A stretch of DNA of 64,000 nucleotides, from contig OY829846.1 of the NCBI GenBank assembly GCA_963691875.1, forward strand, positions 1,312,001-1,376,000. Reading direction: 5' to 3'. Each line of letters begins with the position of its first letter. Positions within the stretch are counted from its first letter, which is position 1. Shown one piece after another: positions 56,757 to 64,000 of the stretch. A program made the position numbers and the translations under genes. This DNA comes from Aureliella sp. Lineage in GTDB: Bacteria; Planctomycetota; Planctomycetia; Pirellulales; Pirellulaceae. Below the pieces are notes generated by a model. The model searched no databases. It was not told the DNA's origin and saw only the letters and a program-made list of their open reading frames with translations.

Positions 56757-57893
56757 CTAATCAGCAAGTTCCAAAAGCTCTTCCGCAATCGATGATAGGC
56801 TGACACTTTGAAGATTGCACATCATTGCAACTGCGTCGCCGCTGCTGGGTTGAAGCATTAAGATAGTCGAAGTCCCGGCCTGGCCGCCGGTGTGGGAGAC
56901 TAGCTTTGCTCCTTCTTCCGTTTTGACGCGCCAGCCAAGCCCGTAACCTGTCGACTTCCCGTCGGATGTCGTTTGAGCAGTCCACATCTCGTCCAACGCG
57001 TTCTGTGGCAACATTTTGCCTTGATTCAGTGCGATTGCAAATCTCACCAAGTCGCCAGCACTTGAAAGTAGCCCGCCCCCCGGAATCTTCACACTCGTGT
57101 CATGTAATGGTGCATTGTATAGCTCATCAGGCTTCATGTACCCAAGTCCACCAAGCCGGGTAATCGTGCCAAGATCTGGACGCATGTAGCCGCGAGTCCT
57201 GTTCGCAATGATTGAATATTGATCGTCGGAAACAGTTGCATCCATGGCTGCTCGATTAAAAACCCTCTCCTCAAGGAGTTGGAGGAAATTCTGACCACTC
57301 GCACCTTCTGCAATATTGCCCAGCAGGTTGTAGCCAAACGTCGTGTACAAGAACTTGCTTCCAGGCTCATGTCGCAGCGGATCGTCTTTGAAGGTTTCGA
57401 GAGCTGCATTCGGGCTAAAAAAGTGCGCTGTGGAGCGTGTTTCGGCATTGCTCTTATAATGTCGAACTCCTCCCAAATGCCCGAGCAGTTGTCGCGATGT
57501 TACGACCCACTTCTTGGCAGGATATCTTGGGCAATAAGTTCGAATGTCTTTGTCTAGATCGAGTCTGCTCTCTTCGGCCAGAGATAAAATTACGACCGCA
57601 GTCATCGACTTGGCTATGGACGCCGTTCGATACCGGGTCTCGGCAGTGGCAGCGACTGAGTTTTCAACGTCCGCCATTCCGTAGCCTTTTTCCAAAATCA
57701 ATTGACTGTCTTTGGCGATTGCGATCGAGAGGCCGGGGATCCCCTTTGCAGCAATAAAGTCATTGGCTCGTTGGTCTATCTGGCGGGTTAGACCGGCCGA
57801 GCTCCTACCCTTCTCCTGAGCCGGAGTTGACGTGACCGCGCCTAGAACTGCGCCTAGAACCAGAACCGAAAAAAGCATCCCGCGCTGGAGCAT
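56757..57893 (-). CDS. Serine hydrolase, beta-lactamase (class C-like) family, exported
   Basis: SIAK (SxxK), LLGHLGG, FLYTTFGY, HTGG. Confidence 0.9.
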   Translation of the reverse strand: MLQRGMLFSVLVLGAVLGAVTSTPAQEKGRSSAGLTRQIDQRANDFIAAKGIPGLSIAIAKDSQLILEKGYGMADVENSVAATAETRYRTASIAKSMTAVVILSLAEESRLDLDKDIRTYCPRYPAKKWVVTSRQLLGHLGGVRHYKSNAETRSTAHFFSPNAALETFKDDPLRHEPGSKFLYTTFGYNLLGNIAEGASGQNFLQLLEERVFNRAAMDATVSDDQYSIIANRTRGYMRPDLGTITRLGGLGYMKPDELYNAPLHDTSVKIPGGGLLSSAGDLVRFAIALNQGKMLPQNALDEMWTAQTTSDGKSTGYGLGWRVKTEEGAKLVSHTGGQAGTSTILMLQPSSGDAVAMMCNLQSVSLSSIAEELLELAD

Positions 57894-57992
57894 GAGGAGT
57901 TTCCTTTCTGAGTTAAAAGAAGCGACAACATTCTAAGCTGGCCTACATGGCTCGTGTTTTTGCGTCTTGGTGTAACGTCAGCAAGCGCGCAC

Positions 57993-58022
57993 AAAAAAAA
58001 GCCCAGTCATCTGACCGAGCTT
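57993..58022 (-). terminator. Rho-independent terminator downstream of the Cys-rich protein gene
   Basis: Minus strand AAGCTCGGTC-AGAT-GACTGGGCTTTTTTTT. Confidence 0.75.
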
Positions 58023-58069
58023 CCTGATTCAAGGCTGCATCGAGCAGCAGCGATTCGCCTACCAAAAGC

Positions 58070-58417
58070 TTAGCGAACCTTGGCACCACGACGTGTCAAA
58101 ACAACGTCGACGCATTCGCCACATGAGAACTTGTAGGTCAAGATTTTGCGACCAAACAAACCCTTCTTCCAAGAATCCAGGCAAGGTGTTTGGTCTGCAC
58201 AGCAAGCTGGTAAGCAAGCGCTAACTTCTTCGCCTGTGCAGCAAGGGTCACATGGATCCTTCACGCACCACTTAACACAAACTGGTGGTGGAGGAGGTGG
58301 GCAGCAGCAAGGAGTGCAATCGTCGCAGTGAGCGTTGACGGTCGCTGGAGCTGCAGCCAGCAAGGAGAAACAGAGCATGCCAGCCAAGGCAATGCGAATC
58401 ATCTTAGTGCCGATCAT
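58070..58417 (-). CDS. Small secreted Cys/Pro-rich protein
   Basis: GGAGG SD, signal peptide ending VNA, 16 Cys in about 86 mature residues, and its own terminator. Confidence 0.8.
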   Translation of the reverse strand: MIGTKMIRIALAGMLCFSLLAAAPATVNAHCDDCTPCCCPPPPPPVCVKWCVKDPCDPCCTGEEVSACLPACCADQTPCLDSWKKGLFGRKILTYKFSCGECVDVVLTRRGAKVR

Positions 58418-58576
58418 GGTAGAAACCTCCAAAGTTGATCTGACGCGGTCTTTAGTACTCCTAACAGCATAGGACCACTTATCGCAACTGTCGTGACCCC
58501 CAATGTGGAAAAGCGCAATTTAGGGCAAAAAAGACAGTCTTGTAGAGGGGGAGGTCTCTCTACCATAGAGGTTAAG

Positions 58577-59242
58577 CTAGCTCAAGCTTTCAGCCTCTCC
58601 AGCTTCCGATTCCTCGTCGTACATCTCGGACTCGCGTTTTCTCTCTCGATCGGTCTCTTCTTCGGTCAGTCCTCCAGTGATTAGCTCGCGGTCAAGCATG
58701 GATTCCAGTGATCTCAGGATCTCGCCGAGTTCGTCACGCTGATACTTAAAGTCATCGAATACGAAGACCTTTTTTTGTCCGTTGTCCTCGTAATGTGCCT
58801 TGGCGATGCCCTTCTTTGCCCATTTGCGTTTGTCGAGCTCTGTTACTTTTTCAAAATCAACGTCCTGCCCCCAACTTGATGTAAGTCCAGATTCGGTCGA
58901 TTCGATAAATGATCCACGGCAACTCAGGAAGTAGAGGACGGCCGGGATGCCAGTGAGCAGTCCGACAACCATATAGACGAACTGTCCCTGGATGTCGGCT
59001 CGAATCTTTTCTGCCGTCTTGGAAGGTGTTTCCCAGCCATTTTGTTCGACCAATCTCTTCCAATCTGTTTCCCGTTTAACTGGGTCTTCTATCTTTCTGA
59101 GTTCGTCGTATGCCTCGGCGGCGGGAAGTTTGGCAGGATAACCAACAAAGCCGTCATATCCAAACCAGGCTGCTCCGCCCAGGCACACGAGAGCCATGAT
59201 CACGTAACGATAGAGATAATTAGTTTGAAATTCAGCGCGCAT
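58577..59242 (-). CDS. Hypothetical two-TM membrane protein
   Basis: Two TM segments (WFGYDGFVGYP loop), a W..KGIA motif and an acidic tail. Confidence 0.75.
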   Translation of the reverse strand: MRAEFQTNYLYRYVIMALVCLGGAAWFGYDGFVGYPAKLPAAEAYDELRKIEDPVKRETDWKRLVEQNGWETPSKTAEKIRADIQGQFVYMVVGLLTGIPAVLYFLSCRGSFIESTESGLTSSWGQDVDFEKVTELDKRKWAKKGIAKAHYEDNGQKKVFVFDDFKYQRDELGEILRSLESMLDRELITGGLTEEETDRERKRESEMYDEESEAGEAESLS

Positions 59243-59386
59243 GGTAATGTCCGAAATCAGCCAGCTTCAATTCCAGCGGATTTGCGATATCGATAAATTG
59301 CCTGGTGAGGGTACTACTATTAGAGAAAGAGACCAACGATGCCCAGAATAACATAGCCATTTGTAAAGGGAGCGACGCTCTGGTCT

Positions 59387-60832
59387 CTATTTGCCTCTAA
59401 GCCGTGAAGAATACTCAGGGCGATCGCGCCAGTCGTCAAAGTAGACACGATAGGCGTCGACATCAGTCCAGAACCTTGGCTCGGGTTCGCCTTCTCGAAC
59501 TTCGGACTCAGGATAATCCTGCCCAGCGATGCTCCGCGCTAGACTTGCCTGGAATTCCAGCATCATGTCCCGCAATGCAGCATTATCTTTCCTCGAGTAA
59601 ATATTCTCGGTTTCCTGCGTATCTGTCAAAAGGTCGTACACTTCGTAACGCTGTTTCTTGGCGGACTTGCCTCGGCCAAGCTGCAGTAACTTTAAATTCT
59701 TGTAGATGATCGCTGTCTCCCCGAAGCAACTGAAAACCAGCGGCTTATCACGGATTAATCCTTCGAGCGATTCATTGTGAAGCAGCGAGGCGAGACTTAG
59801 GCCATCTTGCGGATAGAGCATTGAAGACGTATCCAGTTCAAGTAGCTCTGCGATGGTTGGGAAGATATCAACGACGCCGGCCGAATAATTAGTGGCTCGA
59901 CCTGCCTTGATTTGAGCAGGCCACTCGATGATTCCAGGAACGCGAAGTCCACCTTCGTACAAACTGCCTTTGAAACCACGCAGGCCGCCGACAGTTTCGG
60001 GTGTGATCTTTGGCAAACCTCCGTTGTCGCTGCAATACCAGAACAGCGTGTTATCGGCGATTTCTAGTTCACGCAACTTTGCTCGCAAGGTGCCAACGCT
60101 TCGATCCAGAGCAACCAACTCACCGTAGTGATTCCTCGATTGTTGGTCGAGGTCTGCAAACTCGGTCGTATCCTCCTCGGCGGCACGAAACGGAGAGTGC
60201 GGAGTGCCAAACCAAATGACCGTAAAGGTTAACTTGCCCTGCTTCGCCTCCGTCTCGATAAACTTCAAGGCTTCGTCGACTACGATCTCGGAGGAATCTC
60301 CCTGGTGTTCTTCAAACTCGCCTTTTCGACTAAGGATAGGGTCACGATCGAAAAAATTCGTAACAGAAAGCCACTCGTGGAATCCGAATGCGCCCGGATT
60401 GTGATCATCTGATTTCAGGATAGGGACACCCGGCCCTCGAAGTCCATTCAAATGCCATTTGCCGAAGTGCCCACATCGATAGCCCGCTTTGGCGAGCGCT
60501 TGGGGCAGCGTTTTTTCTTGCAGTCGGAGAGCGAATCCATGGCTCTCGACACCCGTTCGATTGTTCGTGCGCCCCGTGAGCACGCTCGCTCGAGTAGGCG
60601 AGCAGACCGGGGCCGATGCATAGAAGCGATCAAAGCGCAAGCCGCTTTCCGCCATGGCATCTAGGTTCGGAGTCTTGAGGACCGGATGGCCATTGTAGCT
60701 CGTCTCGCCCCATCCTTGATCATCTGCCATCATCAGAACAATGTGAGGTCGCTCGGCTGCCAAAGCACTAGCGTTACACACTACAATTCCAAGCATTAAA
60801 ACAGAGTAGATTCTGTAGATTCGTGACTGCAT
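59387..60832 (-). CDS. Sulfatase (formylglycine-dependent, S1 family)
   Basis: MADDQG, CSPTRASVLTG, GKWHL, SDNGG, KGSLYEGG. Confidence 0.95.
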   Translation of the reverse strand: MQSRIYRIYSVLMLGIVVCNASALAAERPHIVLMMADDQGWGETSYNGHPVLKTPNLDAMAESGLRFDRFYASAPVCSPTRASVLTGRTNNRTGVESHGFALRLQEKTLPQALAKAGYRCGHFGKWHLNGLRGPGVPILKSDDHNPGAFGFHEWLSVTNFFDRDPILSRKGEFEEHQGDSSEIVVDEALKFIETEAKQGKLTFTVIWFGTPHSPFRAAEEDTTEFADLDQQSRNHYGELVALDRSVGTLRAKLRELEIADNTLFWYCSDNGGLPKITPETVGGLRGFKGSLYEGGLRVPGIIEWPAQIKAGRATNYSAGVVDIFPTIAELLELDTSSMLYPQDGLSLASLLHNESLEGLIRDKPLVFSCFGETAIIYKNLKLLQLGRGKSAKKQRYEVYDLLTDTQETENIYSRKDNAALRDMMLEFQASLARSIAGQDYPESEVREGEPEPRFWTDVDAYRVYFDDWRDRPEYSSRLRGK

Positions 60833-60878
60833 TCGTGGAGAGCCTGTAGGAAAGGGCGTTGTGGTTCGAGGAGTGAGA

Positions 60879-62339
60879 CTACTCGGGTTGTGTTTCAGAA
60901 ATGCCGGGACCGAATAAGTGCTTACCAGCCTTAGCAGAAGCGTGAGTGGCACGTTTGTCCTGCTCAATTCCAGGATCGGATTGTTCATGCATCCATGCAT
61001 CAAGCCTGGAACTCAACGTTTTCCGGATCTGTTGGTACTCAGGCTTTTCAGCTAAGTTTTTCATCTCGTAGGGATCTGAAGTCAAATCGTAAAGTTGTTC
61101 AGGCGGGCGATTCGTGTAGCGACGAACAAGTTGATAGGTTCGATCGTTCGCGGCGGCATCCCAAACCCAGGTCCCCCAGTACGGATTGTTGAGTGCACCT
61201 TCGCCGCGAATACCCATCAAGTGCTTCTCAATGTACGTTTCTTGTGGACTCAAGTTGCGGATGTAGTGATACCTTCCGTCCGTAACAGAACGAATCGGAT
61301 AGGGCGGACCTTCTGGGACGTTGTTATGCATTCCAAAGACGTACTGACGGTGTGATGTCGATTCGCCGCGCAAGACCGAGGCGAAGCTCGTTCCGTCAAG
61401 CTCTTGGCTTTCTATCGTTCCCCCAGCAAGCTCAAGAATTGTGGGGACAACGTCCGCATACTGGACCAATGCATCTGTAGTCCCTGGACGGATCTTACCC
61501 GGCCAGCGAGCGAACAGTGCCGTGTGAACTCCGGTGTCCCAGTTCGTCCACTTGCAGCCCGGGAATTGCGAGCCTTGCTCGGAAGTGAACAGAACGAGCG
61601 TATCGGAGCTCGTACCAGACACCTCGAGTGCTTTGAGCAGTTCGCCAACTTGGCCATCCATGTAAGTGATCTCAGCGAGATAGTTTGCGAAATCCTTCCG
61701 TGTCCTCTCTGTGTCAGCGATATTTGGCGGGAGCTTGATCTTGGCCGGCGGATACTGCCTGGGATCGCCCATCACCCAAGGCACGTGCGGTTCGACCAAA
61801 GCAACGACCAAGCAATACGGTTCCCTGCGATCGCGTGTCATGAATTCGGAAACAGCTGCTAGGTCGTGTTGCTTTGTGGGATTTCGCACACAGCTTTTGT
61901 CGAAGCCGTCGACATTCTCGAAGGGAAAAACCGACTTGGGAGTAACGTGCACTTTGCCTGCGATTCCCACTCGGTAGCCAGCTGCCTTCAAGTGGTGTGG
62001 AAGAGAACGCACGTCACGACGACTGGCCGAGTGATTCCAAGCGCAGCCATTTCGCATTGGATACAAACCGGTGTAAAGCTCTGCTCGGCAAGGCTGACAC
62101 ATTGCAGAGCACAGGTAGGCGCGATTAAAGACCAGACTTTGATTCGCCAATGCATCTAAGTTCGGCGTAATCGCGTTTTCTCCGCCGTAAGTTGGCAGAT
62201 CATTATGTGTGCAGTCATCCGCCATGATGATCAACACGTTCGGTTGATCGGCTTGAAGATCCGGCAAAGCAACCATGGTCGCAAGAGCGATGAATTTGCA
62301 GATCGAAGAAAGCTGTAAGTGCAAAGGGAGAATTTTCAT
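60879..62339 (-). CDS. Sulfatase (sulfamidase/SGSH-like)
   Basis: MADD, CQPCRAELYTG (CxPxR), GKVH, EPHVPW, EQLYDL..DPYE. Confidence 0.93.
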   Translation of the reverse strand: MKILPLHLQLSSICKFIALATMVALPDLQADQPNVLIIMADDCTHNDLPTYGGENAITPNLDALANQSLVFNRAYLCSAMCQPCRAELYTGLYPMRNGCAWNHSASRRDVRSLPHHLKAAGYRVGIAGKVHVTPKSVFPFENVDGFDKSCVRNPTKQHDLAAVSEFMTRDRREPYCLVVALVEPHVPWVMGDPRQYPPAKIKLPPNIADTERTRKDFANYLAEITYMDGQVGELLKALEVSGTSSDTLVLFTSEQGSQFPGCKWTNWDTGVHTALFARWPGKIRPGTTDALVQYADVVPTILELAGGTIESQELDGTSFASVLRGESTSHRQYVFGMHNNVPEGPPYPIRSVTDGRYHYIRNLSPQETYIEKHLMGIRGEGALNNPYWGTWVWDAAANDRTYQLVRRYTNRPPEQLYDLTSDPYEMKNLAEKPEYQQIRKTLSSRLDAWMHEQSDPGIEQDKRATHASAKAGKHLFGPGISETQPE

Positions 62340-62498
62340 TCTTACTTCCTGAGTTCTTGACTCGAGCCAATACGCGAACTTGTGCGCATGATACTTGCTT
62401 TTCACTCGACTTTGTCATTCCTGTGGGAAACGAATGACATTTTGCAGTGAGACTGAGCACGCCATATCGAACCAGTGCAAGTCAGAGTTTCGCTCTAT

Positions 62499-62565
62499 GA
62501 GTCGACGGCGCTAGCCGCTGGAAAGCGTTTTCTTGGTTCAGCCCGACGCTAGAGCGTTGGGGTCA
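62499..62565. repeat. Degenerate REP-like element (TGAGTCGACGGCGCTAGCCG...CCCGACGCTAGAGCGTTGGGGTCA)
   Basis: Paired GC-rich imperfect palindromes with CGCTAG cores in the divergent intergenic region. Confidence 0.35.
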
Positions 62566-62720
62566 CTCCAACCATGTAAAACAGCGAGTGGCCCTGCATA
62601 TCGACCCAGGATTGGCCAACTCAAACTGAGTTTGTGTTATTATCTGCGGGTCCATTGCGTCGCTTGATTTAAGCGCGATGGCTCCCCTGAGATCCCCCCA
62701 ACAATACAGGAATCCGCAGC

Positions 62721-64000
62721 ATGCGTCTCCGCAAACTGAGTTACTTAGTGCCCTACCTCGCCTGCCTACTTGCCTTGTGTTCGATACAGGCGAAGGCTGA
62801 TGTGAGTTTGCCGAATATCTTTGGTGACCACATGGTTTTTCAGCAAAAACAGAAAAACAAAGTTTGGGGCAAGGCAGATCCTGGCGAAGCCGTTCGTGTC
62901 CAATTCCATGAATCAGTACAAGAGACTGAGGCAGACGACGATGGAATGTGGAGCGTGATGATTGATCCTGCTCCGGCAGGTGGACCTTACGAGCTAAGCG
63001 TCCAAGGTAAGAACTCGATCGTCATCAAAGACGTGCTCGTCGGCGAAGTTTGGATTTGCTCTGGTCAATCCAACATGGAATGGCGTGTAAACAGCTCCAA
63101 TGACCCGGATTTGGTCAAGGTGGCTGCCAACTATCCTGAGATTCGGATGATCAACTATCCAAACACGGGAAGCCAAACGCCAATCTTCACGCATGCCAAC
63201 TCCAACTGGATGGTCTGCAGCCCTTCAACTGTCGGCGACTTCTCGGCCGTCGGTTACTTCTTCGGCAGACAGCTACATCAGTCGCTCGGCGTTCCAATTG
63301 GTCTCGTCAACGACGCTTGGGGGGGTTCGGCTGCGGATGCTTGGATCAATCGAGATCTTCTGGAGGCGGACGAGCAGTACAAGCCGACTTTGGATCGCTG
63401 GAAGGCAATGGAGAAGCAGTACGATATCCTCGCTGCAAAAGCGGAGCCGAGCGATAACGAAAAGAAGCAAATGGCTGGTTTGCGTCGCCAAATGGGCGGA
63501 AATCACCGTCCGTCCAATATTTACAACGGAGTGCTCAAGTCTCATTTGGGCTACGGTATGAAAGGCGTCATCTGGTACCAAGGCGAATCGAATGCTGGAC
63601 GTGCTTACCAGTATCGTCATATCTTCCCGATGATGATTCAAAACTGGCGAGACGAGTGGGGCCAGGGTGATTTCCCATTCTACTGGGTGCAGTTGGCTGA
63701 CTTCCGAAATGAGGAAGCAGAGCCAGGTGAAAGCGATTGGGCCGAGTTGCGTGAGGCACAAACAATGACGATGAAGCTACCCAACACAGGTGAAGCGGTC
63801 ATCATCGATGTCGGCGAAGGCAAAGATATCCACCCGCGAAACAAGGTGATTGTGGGGCAACGTCTTGCACGCTGGGCACTCGCTAAGCAGTACGGCTTCG
63901 AGATTGCCTACCAAAGTCCGACTTACACTGGCATGAAGAAGGCAGGAAAGAAGCTAGTTCTTTCCTTCAGCCATGTTGATGGCGGTTGGAGACCTTTTGA
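62721..64000 (+). CDS. Sialate O-acetylesterase (SASA family), partial; runs off the window end
   Basis: Signal peptide, LPNIFGDHMV.Q, GEVWICSGQSNM, FSAVGYFFGR, IWYQGESN, VQLADF, DIHPRNK. It is absent from the ORF track because it has no stop. Confidence 0.93.
   Translation, partial: MRLRKLSYLVPYLACLLALCSIQAKADVSLPNIFGDHMVFQQKQKNKVWGKADPGEAVRVQFHESVQETEADDDGMWSVMIDPAPAGGPYELSVQGKNSIVIKDVLVGEVWICSGQSNMEWRVNSSNDPDLVKVAANYPEIRMINYPNTGSQTPIFTHANSNWMVCSPSTVGDFSAVGYFFGRQLHQSLGVPIGLVNDAWGGSAADAWINRDLLEADEQYKPTLDRWKAMEKQYDILAAKAEPSDNEKKQMAGLRRQMGGNHRPSNIYNGVLKSHLGYGMKGVIWYQGESNAGRAYQYRHIFPMMIQNWRDEWGQGDFPFYWVQLADFRNEEAEPGESDWAELREAQTMTMKLPNTGEAVIIDVGEGKDIHPRNKVIVGQRLARWALAKQYGFEIAYQSPTYTGMKKAGKKLVLSFSHVDGGWRPF

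Noticed and set aside
63193..63765. Short ORF-track ORFs at the window end
   Set aside because: They are alternative frames of the sialate O-acetylesterase gene starting at 62721.

Overview
A 64-kb chromosomal segment of a Planctomycetota bacterium, probably Pirellulaceae-like. This is inferred from the DUF1549/DUF1553+DUF1501 and DUF1592+DUF1552 gene pairs, a PVC-type cytochrome, sulfatases and a GYF_2 protein. Housekeeping genes (ychF, trxB, asnS, tRNA-Leu(TAA), hemY-type oxidase, glgB, rpsA, purQ) alternate with accessory genes. These include a likely L-galactonate/tagaturonate catabolic cluster, an M16 peptidase, a desaturase, two sulfatases and a sialate O-acetylesterase that runs off the window end. 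The most notable signal is missed by the ORF track. Two in-frame minus-strand ORFs (30176..29838 and 29792..29403) join through one TGA that sits exactly at the redox position of a thioredoxin fold (HFGENPG-U-AGC, a UxxC motif). The TGA is followed by a bacterial-SECIS-like hairpin, so this is a candidate exported selenoprotein. The window also holds about seven eroded elements, several visible only by reading through stops and frameshifts: a Sel1 repeat gene, an ECF sigma factor, an NIF/FCP1 phosphatase, an IS3 left end, a truncated CheA, a membrane protein and a K+ channel. Family calls come from motif recognition by eye; no database searches were run.
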